NCBI GenBank assembly: GCA_016213505.1
Contig: JACRAF010000069.1
Span: 136,316 to 168,315 of the forward strand
From: Devosia nanyangense
Lineage (GTDB): Bacteria; Pseudomonadota; Alphaproteobacteria; Rhizobiales; Devosiaceae
Length of the DNA stretch: 32,000 nucleotides
Direction of reading: 5' to 3'
A program made the position numbers and the translations under genes. Position 1 is the stretch's first letter. The number at the start of each line of letters is the position of its first letter. The notes under the pieces were generated by a model. The model made no database searches. It was not told the origin of the DNA and worked only from the letters and a program-made list of their open reading frames with translations. Positions 1 to 7,585 of this stretch are shown here, in pieces.

Positions 1-1
1 C

Positions 2-487
2 GAAGGCCCGCTGAACCAGATGCTGGGCTGGATCGGCATCGGCCGCCAGACCTGGCTCTCCTCGCCGAGCACAGCGCTGGTCTCGATCGTCATCCTCAAC
101 GTCTGGCAGCAGGTGGGCTACTTCACTGTTCTCGCCGTCGCTGGGCTGACGCAGGTCCCCGAGGCCCTCTACGAGGCCGCCAAACTCGACGGCGCCAATC
201 CGGTGCAGCGGTTTTTCACCATCACCCTGCCGCTGCTCGGCAACACGCTGCTGTTTTCCGCGGTGATCGCCATCATCAACGCCGTCCAGGTGTTCGAGCC
301 GGTGGCCCTGATCACCCAGGGCGGGCCGGTCAATGCCACCAATGTGCTGACCTACCACATCCGGCGCGTCGGCATCGAACGGGCGCAGGGCGGCTTGGGC
401 TCGGCCATGGCGGTGACGCTGATGCTGGCGCTGATCGTCGCCATCGCCCTGTTGTTCGCCGTGTCGCGCCGGGCGGATCGCACATGA
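2..487 (+). CDS. Carbohydrate (CUT1-type) ABC transporter permease, MalF/UgpA-like; 5' end cut by window edge
   Basis: The frame is open from nt 2 (EGPLNQMLGW...). It has hydrophobic TM segments and the EAA-loop-like 'LYEAAKLDGANPVQRFFTITLPLL'. The stop overlaps the next start (ATGA at 484-487). Confidence 0.9.
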   Translation, partial: EGPLNQMLGWIGIGRQTWLSSPSTALVSIVILNVWQQVGYFTVLAVAGLTQVPEALYEAAKLDGANPVQRFFTITLPLLGNTLLFSAVIAIINAVQVFEPVALITQGGPVNATNVLTYHIRRVGIERAQGGLGSAMAVTLMLALIVAIALLFAVSRRADRT

Positions 488-1359
488 GCCTCGCCCTCGC
501 CGACAGCCGCGTGCTCGAGCGTCCGCGGATGCGCATCTCTGTGCCGCGCGCGGCGCTGCTGCTGCTGATCATCGCGATCTGCGTCGCCGCTGCCTTTCCG
601 CTGGCGTGGATGGTGCTGACCAGCCTCAAGACACCGCAGGAAACCATGCAGACGCCGCCGGTCTGGCTGCCGGCGACGCCGAACCTCTCGGCCTATGCGC
701 AGGTCGCCGACGTCGTCAGCCTCGGCCGCTCGTTCTTCAATTCGGCGGTGATCGCGTTGACCACCACGATTGCCATCAACGTCACCAGCCTGATGGCGGG
801 CTACGCCTTCGCCAAATACGAGTTCCGCTTCCGCGAGCCGCTGTTTGCGCTGCTGATCGCCACCATGTTCCTGCCACCGATCGTGACGCTGATCCCGCTC
901 TACCGCATCGTCGGCTATCTCGGGCTCACCGGTAGCCTCGCCGGCGTCGTCGTCCCCAATCTTGCCAATGCCTTCGGCATCTTCCTGATGCGCCAGTTCA
1001 TCAAGGGCGTGCCGGACGAGCTGATCGAGGCGGCCCGCGTCGACGGCGCGTCGGAATTTAGAGTGCTGTTCCAGATCGTTGCGCCAACCGTCACGCCGGC
1101 GATCGCGGCACTGACCTTGTTCGCCTTCGTTTATCACTGGAACAGCTACCTCTGGCCGCTCACGGTGCTGCTGGGCAATGCCGATCAGTACCCCATCGTC
1201 ATCTCGCTCTCGCGGCTGCTGAGTTACAATCGCGGGGCAATGAACACCGGGCTGGTGATGGCCGGGGCCACCCTCGCGGTCCTGCCGCCAGTCGTGCTGT
1301 TCATTGTGCTCCAGCGCTTCTTCGTCGATTCCATCGTCTCCTCGGGGGTGAAGGGATGA
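484..1359 (+). CDS. Carbohydrate (CUT1-type) ABC transporter permease, MalG/UgpE-like
   Basis: 291 aa, multi-TM, with EAA loop 'LIEAARVDGASEFRVLFQIVAP'. ATGA overlaps at both ends indicate coupling to its neighbours. Confidence 0.92.
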   Translation: MSLALADSRVLERPRMRISVPRAALLLLIIAICVAAAFPLAWMVLTSLKTPQETMQTPPVWLPATPNLSAYAQVADVVSLGRSFFNSAVIALTTTIAINVTSLMAGYAFAKYEFRFREPLFALLIATMFLPPIVTLIPLYRIVGYLGLTGSLAGVVVPNLANAFGIFLMRQFIKGVPDELIEAARVDGASEFRVLFQIVAPTVTPAIAALTLFAFVYHWNSYLWPLTVLLGNADQYPIVISLSRLLSYNRGAMNTGLVMAGATLAVLPPVVLFIVLQRFFVDSIVSSGVKG

Positions 1360-2237
1360 GCGATACGATCCTCGCCATCGATCTGGGCGGGACGCGGTTC
1401 CGCGCCGCGCTTGCGAGCGCGGACGATCCGGTGGTGCTGCGGATGCTCGCCGAGGAAACGGCGCCGCAGTCGCGGGACGTGTTCCTGACGCGGCTCCGGC
1501 AGTTGCTCGGCGAGACCGGCGCCACCAGATTGGGCCTGGGCATTCCCGGGCTGGCGCAGGCGTCGACGTGCCGCTGGGTACCCAATCTGCCTTACCTCGA
1601 CGGCCTCGACCTTGCCGAGGCACTACCGGGAACGATCATCGGGCTGGGCCATGACGCGCAGCTGGCGCTGCTTGCCGAAAGCACGGCAGGTGCGGCCGTG
1701 GGCCTCTCGGATGCCATCCTGCTTGCCATCGGCACCGGCATCGGTTCGGCCGTGCTGGCTGGTGGCCGCATCGTCGCCGGCAGCGGCGGGGCGGCCTGTT
1801 CGTTCGGCTGGGCCGCCGCTGACGTGAACGATCTGGGCGAGGATCGCTCGGGCTGGCTCGAGCGTCACGCCTCGGGGCGCGCCCTCGATGCGGTGGCAAC
1901 AACGATCGGCGCCGCGAGCGGTGCCGCGCTGGTTCAGGCGGCGCGCAGCGGCAGCGCGCTGGCCATCGAGACGCTGGCCAAACCGATGACGTCGCTCGGC
2001 ACCGCGCTCGCCGGCGCGGTGGCCTTGCTCGACCCGGCGGCGATCATCTTCGCCGGTGGGGTCGCCGAGTCGCTCGACGTCCTGGGGCCGCTGATCCTGC
2101 CGGCGTTGCGGCGGCAGTTGCCGGCGCATCTGCGGGGCATCGAGCTCAGGGCCGGCCGGTTCGGAGCGCAGGCGGGCCTGGTGGGCGCGGCGCTGGCGGG
2201 GGCGCGCGGACCGAATTGGAGGAATGCTCATGGATGA
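1356..2237 (+). CDS. ROK-fold (ASKHA) sugar kinase, probable amino-sugar/GlcNAc kinase; lacks the ROK zinc motif
   Basis: Motifs 'AIDLGGTRFRAAL', 'LGIPG', 'GHDAQLALLAE' and 'AIGTGIGSAV' are present. There is no CxCGxxGCxE motif and only 2 Cys in the protein. It sits next to the GntR, SIS and NagA genes. Confidence 0.7.
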   Translation: MSDTILAIDLGGTRFRAALASADDPVVLRMLAEETAPQSRDVFLTRLRQLLGETGATRLGLGIPGLAQASTCRWVPNLPYLDGLDLAEALPGTIIGLGHDAQLALLAESTAGAAVGLSDAILLAIGTGIGSAVLAGGRIVAGSGGAACSFGWAAADVNDLGEDRSGWLERHASGRALDAVATTIGAASGAALVQAARSGSALAIETLAKPMTSLGTALAGAVALLDPAAIIFAGGVAESLDVLGPLILPALRRQLPAHLRGIELRAGRFGAQAGLVGAALAGARGPNWRNAHG

Positions 2238-2976
2238 AGTCCCGGGTCTGCAGCGGCCGGACCGGCGCCGGCCGGAGCCGCTCTGGCACCAGGCCGAGAC
2301 CGCCCTGCGCGCGCTGATCGAAGCGGGCGAATGGGGCGCCGGCTCGCAGATCCCCAATGAGGACAAGCTCTGCGACATGCTGGGTATTTCCCGCATCACC
2401 GTCCGCCACGCGCTGCGCAATCTCGAGGAGGCGGGGCTGCTCCGGCGCGAGCATGGCCGCGGCACGTTCGTGCGCTCGGCAACCGTGGTCGCCGGCGTGC
2501 GCGGCCTCACCAGCTTCACCGACGAGATGCACACGCTGGCCCTGTCGCCCGGCACGCGGCTGCTCGAGGCGCGGCGCCTGTCCGCCAGCGTCGACATGGC
2601 CGACGCCCTCGAACTCGCGCCCGGCGACCCGGTGGTGCAGTTGCGCCGCCTCCGGCTCGGCAACGGCCTGCCGATCGGCATCCAGACGACCCACCTGCCC
2701 GAAGCGCGCGTGCCCGGACTGCTTGCAGCGGCGGCCGACGTTCAGTCGCTCTATGGCTGGCTCAAGGAGCACTGCGGCATCACCCCGCTCAAGGCCAAGG
2801 AGGTGTATCGCGTCGGCCGCGTCGCCGCCGAGGACGCCGAGCACATCCAGCTCGAGGCCGGCACGCCCGCCTTCGAGGTCGAGCGTATCACCTATGACAG
2901 CCGCGGGCCGTTCGAACTCGCCCGCTCCACCATGCGCGCCGACCGCTACGAAATCCGCTCCACCCTTTACGTCTGA
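2230..2976 (+). CDS. GntR-family (HutC/NagR-like subfamily) transcriptional regulator with C-terminal UTRA-type effector domain
   Basis: wHTH 'KLCDMLGISRITVRHALRNLEEAGLLRREHGRGTFV'. GGAGGA at 2218-2223 lies 6 nt before ATG 2230. The ORF-track start at 2224 abuts the SD and is less likely. Confidence 0.85.
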   Translation: MDEVPGLQRPDRRRPEPLWHQAETALRALIEAGEWGAGSQIPNEDKLCDMLGISRITVRHALRNLEEAGLLRREHGRGTFVRSATVVAGVRGLTSFTDEMHTLALSPGTRLLEARRLSASVDMADALELAPGDPVVQLRRLRLGNGLPIGIQTTHLPEARVPGLLAAAADVQSLYGWLKEHCGITPLKAKEVYRVGRVAAEDAEHIQLEAGTPAFEVERITYDSRGPFELARSTMRADRYEIRSTLYV

Positions 2977-2999
2977 CCCTGCTTCCGAAAGGCACACCC

Positions 3000-3794
3000 A
3001 TGTCGACCCTCTATATCAGCCGCCTGCTCAAGATCGCCGAGGCCACGGCCGGCGCCAACGCCGACGCCTTTGCCAAGGCCGCCTCGGCCATGGCCGATAC
3101 TCTCGCCAACACGGGCCTCGTCCATCTCTACGGCTCGGGTCACTCGGTGCTGCCGGTGCAGGAGACGTTTCCGCGCTATGGCTCCTATGTCGGCTTCAAC
3201 CCGCTTACCGACCCGCGGGTGATGTGGCACAATGTCCTCGGCGCCGGCGGCGTGCGCGAACTGCTGTGGCTGGAACGCACTGAGAAATATGCCGAGAAGT
3301 TCCTCGACCACCAGCCGCTCAATGCCGGCGACACCATCGTCATCTTCGGCCATTCGGGGCGCAATTCCTCGGGCATCGACACCGCGCTCTATGCCAAGAA
3401 GCGCGGCATGACGGTGATCGCCATCACCGCCAAATCGAACCTCGACAAGCCGGCCACCCATTCGTCGGGCAAGCGCCTGGCGGACGCCGCTGACATCGTC
3501 ATCGACACCGGCGCGCCGATCGAAGACGCGATCGTGCCGATCAAGGGGTGGAGCCGGCCGGTCTCGGGATCGTCCACCGTGCTCGCCATGATCATGATGC
3601 ACGAGCTGATTGCCGAGACGGCGCAGAACCTCGCCGGCCGCGGCATCGAGTTGCCGGTGTTCGCTTCGCCCACCATCGCCGGCGTCACGCTGCACGACAC
3701 CGACGTCATCTACGGCATCTACCGCGAGCGGATGATCGAAGCGCAGCAGAAGCACCTGCCGCAGTTCAAGAAGACCATGGCCGCAGAAGGCTGA
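3000..3794 (+). CDS. Single-SIS-domain phosphosugar-binding protein (UPF0309-like); putative phosphosugar isomerase/deaminase/dehydratase
   Basis: 264 aa. 'VHLYGSGHS' and 'IVIFGHSGRNSSGIDTALYAKKRGMTVIAITA' are SIS-type nucleotide/phosphosugar-fold motifs. It lies directly upstream of nagA. Confidence 0.7.
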   Translation: MSTLYISRLLKIAEATAGANADAFAKAASAMADTLANTGLVHLYGSGHSVLPVQETFPRYGSYVGFNPLTDPRVMWHNVLGAGGVRELLWLERTEKYAEKFLDHQPLNAGDTIVIFGHSGRNSSGIDTALYAKKRGMTVIAITAKSNLDKPATHSSGKRLADAADIVIDTGAPIEDAIVPIKGWSRPVSGSSTVLAMIMMHELIAETAQNLAGRGIELPVFASPTIAGVTLHDTDVIYGIYRERMIEAQQKHLPQFKKTMAAEG

Positions 3795-3799
3795 AGCAT

Positions 3800-3835
3800 T
3801 CGCCCCGGCACGTGGGTCCACCGCGGTCGGGGCGA
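3800..3835 (+). other. Intercistronic stem-loop (8-bp stem TCGCCCCG/CGGGGCGA, 20-nt loop) between the SIS gene and nagA
   Basis: Inverted repeat read directly at 3800-3807 and 3828-3835. No U-tract follows. Confidence 0.25.
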
Positions 3836-3845
3836 CAGTCCTGTC

Positions 3846-5009
3846 ATGATCAGCACGGACCTCATTGCCTACACGGGCGCCCGCATCTTCGACGGCGAGC
3901 ACTGGCACGAGCGCGCGACGCTCCTCGTCGATGGCGCGCGCATCCATGCCATCGCGGCCGCGATCCCGCCGGAGACGGCTCACATCGACCTCGGCGGCGG
4001 CATCCTCGCCCCCGGTCTGGTCGACCTGCAGGTCAATGGCGGCGGCGGACTCATGGTCGGGGCTGGAACCTCGGCCGGCGATCTGGCCGCGATCTGTGCG
4101 ACGCACGCGCAGTTCGGCGCCACCGCGCTGTTGCCAACCTTGATCACCGATACCCCCACCGTCACCGATGCGGTGCTGGCTGCCGGCGCCGCCGCGGCGC
4201 AAGCCGGGGTTCCGGGCTTTCTCGGTCTTCACCTCGAGGGCCCGCATCTGTCGATCGCGCGAAAGGGCGCGCACGATCCGGCGCTGATCCGGCCGATGGA
4301 CGAAGCCGACCTGGTCCGGCTGGAGCGGGCGCGGCGCCTGCTGCCGCATCTGCTGGTCACCGTCGCGCCCGAGACGGTGAGCCCCGAACAGATCGCGCGG
4401 CTGGTCAAGGCCGGCATCGTGGTCAGCCTCGGCCATTCCGATGCGTCGTTCGAGACCGCCTCAGCCGCGATCCGCGCCGGCGCCGGCATGGCGACGCATC
4501 TGTTCAACGCGATGAGCCAGATCGGCAATCGCGATCCCGGCGTCGCGGGGGCGGCGCTCCACCATGGCAGCGTCTGGGCGGGCCTGATCGCCGACGGCAT
4601 CCATGTGCATCCGGCGACGGTGGGCATCGCGCTCGCCGCCAAACGCGGCCCGGGGCGGGTCTTCCTCGTTTCCGATTCCATGTCGCAGGCTGGAACGGCG
4701 CTCGAGAGCTTCGAGCTCGGCGGGCGGACCATCTTCCGCCGCGACGGCGCGCTGCGCCTCGCCGACGGCACGCTGGCCGGTGCCGACCTCACCATCGGTG
4801 GCGCGGTGCAGCAAGCGCATCGCCGCTTCGGCCTCGAGCTGGGCGAGTGCCTCAGGATGGCGTCGCTCTATCCCGCTACCGCCATCGGCGCCGCCGGTCT
4901 GGGGCGGCTCGGCCCCGGCACGGAGGCCAGCTTCGTGCATCTGGATGAAGGTGGCACAGTGCAGGAGACCTGGGTGCGGGGCCGGCGCGCCGGCGGCTAC
5001 ACTGCCTGA
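3846..5009 (+). CDS. nagA: N-acetylglucosamine-6-phosphate deacetylase
   Basis: 387 aa. The blocks 'LVDLQVNGGGG', 'LHLEGPHLS..KGAH', 'LGHSDAS', 'THLFNAMS' and 'LVSDSM' match the NagA active-site pattern (E. coli-type QxN variant). The amino-sugar context agrees. Confidence 0.88.
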   Translation: MISTDLIAYTGARIFDGEHWHERATLLVDGARIHAIAAAIPPETAHIDLGGGILAPGLVDLQVNGGGGLMVGAGTSAGDLAAICATHAQFGATALLPTLITDTPTVTDAVLAAGAAAAQAGVPGFLGLHLEGPHLSIARKGAHDPALIRPMDEADLVRLERARRLLPHLLVTVAPETVSPEQIARLVKAGIVVSLGHSDASFETASAAIRAGAGMATHLFNAMSQIGNRDPGVAGAALHHGSVWAGLIADGIHVHPATVGIALAAKRGPGRVFLVSDSMSQAGTALESFELGGRTIFRRDGALRLADGTLAGADLTIGGAVQQAHRRFGLELGECLRMASLYPATAIGAAGLGRLGPGTEASFVHLDEGGTVQETWVRGRRAGGYTA

Positions 5010-5018
5010 TAGCCGCCG
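4991..5018. terminator. Perfect 9-bp GC-rich inverted repeat (CGGCGGCTA-N10-TAGCCGCCG) across the overlapping 3' ends of nagA and the FGGY kinase; candidate bidirectional terminator or RNA stem
   Basis: Read directly. Both stop codons (TAG at 4997-4999 on the minus strand, TGA at 5007-5009 on the plus strand) lie inside the structure. No U-tract on either side. Confidence 0.4.
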
Positions 5019-6466
5019 TTGAAGCCGCGCAGCGCCTCGTAGAGCTCGCGGTATTTGCCGAACTTTTCGTCATAGTAGGCGCGGACCGACGCCTGCGGCT
5101 CGAACACGCGGTCGAACTGCACCAGCCGGCGGACGGCCTCGGGCAGCGATGGCAGCGTGCCGCTGCCGAGGCCCGCCAGGATCGCGGCGCCGATAGCGGC
5201 GGCATCGGGCACCCTGGTGCGGCGAAGACCGAAGCCGAGCGCGTCGGCACGAATCTGGCACCAGATGTCGGAGCGCGAGCCGCCGCCGCCGATATTGGCG
5301 ATGGTCAGTCTGCGGCCGGCCGATTGCTGCAGCGCATCGAAGGCGAGACGGACGGAGAAGGCGACGCCTTCGAGCACGCTGCGCGCCATTTCGGCGGCCC
5401 CGGCGCGGCCATCGATGCGAGCGAAGACGCCGCGCGAGGCGGCGTCCCAGAGCGGCGCGCGTTCGCCCTCGAGGTGCGGCAGGAACAGCGGCACCGCCGA
5501 CGACGGCGGCACGGTCGCCGCGAGCGCCGAGAGCTCGGCGGGGGTGCGGCCGAGCACGGCGCCCATCCAGGCGATGGCGGCGCCACCGGATTGGGTGGGC
5601 GCGGCGTGCATGACGATGCCCTCATAGGGCGGAAACAGGATCACACCAGGCGTCGGGTGGACGCTCGCGGAGACGATGCCGGCGATCTCGCTGGTGCCGC
5701 TCTGCAGCATCGCGTCGCCATCGGCGACGACGCCGACGCCGAACATGCCGCCCCAGGCGTCCATGGCGCCGACGACCACCGGCACGCCGGCGCAGGGCAG
5801 ACCCGGCCGGACGCGCCCGGCGACGTGGCTGAACGGATGGAGCGGCGGCAGCAGCTGGCGCGCGCCTGGCACCAGTTCGAGCAGCGGGGCGACATAGCCG
5901 GCGCGGTCGACAAGGCCGACCGCCGAGATCGGGTCGCTGCCGACGGCGCCGGTCAGTTGCATCACGCAGTAATCCTTGGGCAACAGGATTTGGCGGGTCT
6001 TCTCGTAGACGTCGGGGTGGACGCGGCGGACATAGGCCAGGCGCGACAGGGCGTGGCTGGCATCGATCGGCATCGGTCCCCCGAACCAGGCGAGCTTCTG
6101 GTCGGCCGACACCTGCGCGTCGAGCGCGGCGGCGTCGGGCGCGGCGGTGGTGTCCTGCCAGACCATGGCGGGGAGGAGCGGGGTGCCGGCAGCATCGACG
6201 AAGACATGGGTGTTGACCTGCGAGCAGATGCCGATGCCGGCAAGGCCGGAGAGATCATGGTCGGGGGCGAAGCTCGTCAGCGCATCGAGGACGCCGTCCA
6301 TCCAGTCGGCGGGGTCCTGCTCGGCGGCGCCCGGCGAAGGCCGGGCGATGGGGTAGGGCCGGGCGAAATCGGCTAGCCGGTTGCCGTCGAGATCGATGAG
6401 CACCGCCTTGAGCGCTGTGGTGCCGACATCGAGGCCGATCAGGGTGGTGTGCAAGACGTGCTCCAA
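4997..6466 (-). CDS. FGGY-family carbohydrate kinase (xylulokinase-like)
   Basis: 489 aa. N-terminal 'LIGLDVGTTALKAVL' and C-terminal 'IANIGGGGSRSDIWCQIRADALG'. The only in-frame starts near the N-terminus are TTG (6466 or 6454). Confidence 0.88.
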   Translation of the reverse strand: MEHVLHTTLIGLDVGTTALKAVLIDLDGNRLADFARPYPIARPSPGAAEQDPADWMDGVLDALTSFAPDHDLSGLAGIGICSQVNTHVFVDAAGTPLLPAMVWQDTTAAPDAAALDAQVSADQKLAWFGGPMPIDASHALSRLAYVRRVHPDVYEKTRQILLPKDYCVMQLTGAVGSDPISAVGLVDRAGYVAPLLELVPGARQLLPPLHPFSHVAGRVRPGLPCAGVPVVVGAMDAWGGMFGVGVVADGDAMLQSGTSEIAGIVSASVHPTPGVILFPPYEGIVMHAAPTQSGGAAIAWMGAVLGRTPAELSALAATVPPSSAVPLFLPHLEGERAPLWDAASRGVFARIDGRAGAAEMARSVLEGVAFSVRLAFDALQQSAGRRLTIANIGGGGSRSDIWCQIRADALGFGLRRTRVPDAAAIGAAILAGLGSGTLPSLPEAVRRLVQFDRVFEPQASVRAYYDEKFGKYRELYEALRGFNGGYQAV

Positions 6467-6598
6467 AATGTCCCGTAGCCCGGTGCCTTGGGCTGCCTTA
6501 TAGTGGCCTGAAGCGTAAGGAAAACAACCGCCGGCGGGTTGAATATGCCGGCGGCGGGCGAATGGCTCGCCCCTACGCGAACCAGGAGGCTATCCGGA

Positions 6599-7537
6599 AT
6601 GCTCGCCACATCTTTGCGCACTCTTCGCCGCGGGGCGTTCATCGCCACCGCGCTCGCCGCCGGCTCGTTCGCCGGCGCGGCCCTGGCCGCGAAAGTCGCG
6701 GTCATCACCCCCTATCTCGCCCAGCCGGGCACGCAGTTCTATGTCGAGGCGTTCCAGGCGGTCGCCAAGGACAAGGGCTGGGAAGTCAACGTCATCGACA
6801 CCCAGGGCGACGTCGCCGGGGTGATCAGCCGCATTGAGGATATGGTCAACCAGAAGGTCGACGCGATCGTCATCAATGTCGACCCGGCGCAGGTCACGGC
6901 CGGTCTGCAGGCGGCCAAGGACGCCAATATCCCGGTGTTCGGCATGGACGCGGGCAGCGATCCGCTGCTGGTCACCAACGTCACCTCCAACGGCTACGCG
7001 ATGGCGGCGGAGACCTCGACCTATGTCGCCGACCGCATCGGCGGCAAGGGCAATGTGGTGATGTTCGTGTTCGACGCGTTCCCGCCGGTGCAGGCGCGCG
7101 GCGTCGTCGCCAGTGCCGTGTTCGGCAATTTCCCCGACATCAAGATCCTCGACAAGGTGACGCCGGACGTCTCGGATGGCGGCATCGCCGACAGCCGCGC
7201 CAAGATGGAGGCGATCCTCGCCGCCAACCCGACGGCCGGCTCGATCAGCGCGGTGTGGGCGGGCTGGGACCAGCCGGCGCTCGGCGCGCTGCAGGCGATC
7301 GAAGCGGCGGGCCGGCAGAACGAGGGCATCGTCATCACCGGCATCGACGCCAATCCGCAGGCCCGCGCAGAGATCGCCAAGGGCGGCAATTTCGAGGCCT
7401 CGGTGGCGCAGGATTTCAAGGGCATCGGCTCGGCGACCGCCGACGCCGTGGCCCGGGTGCTGGGCGGCGAGACGCTGAAGCAGCACGTGATCTACGTGCC
7501 GACTAAGCTGGTGACGGCAGCCAACGCGGCGCAGTGA
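6599..7537 (+). CDS. Sugar ABC transporter periplasmic binding protein (RbsB-like, type I PBP)
   Basis: AGGAGG at 6584-6589 lies 9 nt before ATG 6599. The signal peptide is 'MLATSLRTLRRGAFIATALAAGSFAGAALA', followed by 'KVAVITPYLAQPG'. The ORF-track start at 6539 lacks an SD. Confidence 0.85.
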   Translation: MLATSLRTLRRGAFIATALAAGSFAGAALAAKVAVITPYLAQPGTQFYVEAFQAVAKDKGWEVNVIDTQGDVAGVISRIEDMVNQKVDAIVINVDPAQVTAGLQAAKDANIPVFGMDAGSDPLLVTNVTSNGYAMAAETSTYVADRIGGKGNVVMFVFDAFPPVQARGVVASAVFGNFPDIKILDKVTPDVSDGGIADSRAKMEAILAANPTAGSISAVWAGWDQPALGALQAIEAAGRQNEGIVITGIDANPQARAEIAKGGNFEASVAQDFKGIGSATADAVARVLGGETLKQHVIYVPTKLVTAANAAQ

Positions 7538-7546
7538 GTTGAAGTC

Positions 7547-7577
7547 GACGGGCGGGCGCCAGCGGCGTCCGTCCGTC
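7547..7577 (+). promoter_or_regulatory. 12-bp stem / 7-nt loop RNA hairpin between the binding-protein and ATPase genes
   Basis: GACGGGCGGGCG-ccagcgg-CGTCCGTCCGTC. The two non-Watson-Crick positions are G.U on the sense (+) strand only. Confidence 0.4.
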
Positions 7578-7585
7578 CCCGGACC

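Noticed and set aside
352-1623. 423-aa minus-strand ORF, plus similar long antisense or alternate-frame ORFs at 2967-4436, 3548-4948, 9076-10356, 16072-17433, 21714-23108, 23184-24341, 29107-30378 and 30062-31462
   Set aside because: All overlap confidently assigned genes on the opposite strand or in another frame. They are Arg/Pro/Gly-rich and show no motifs, SD sequences or operon logic.
6526-6565. Imperfect direct repeat CCGGCGGG(T)TGAAT / CCGGCGGCGGGCGAAT and a near-palindrome AACCGCCGGCGGGTT in the kinase/transporter divergent region
   Set aside because: These GC-rich, low-complexity repeats are imperfect and of a kind expected by chance at this GC content. They also overlap the untranslated leader just upstream of the preferred SBP start. 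The evidence is too weak to call an operator.
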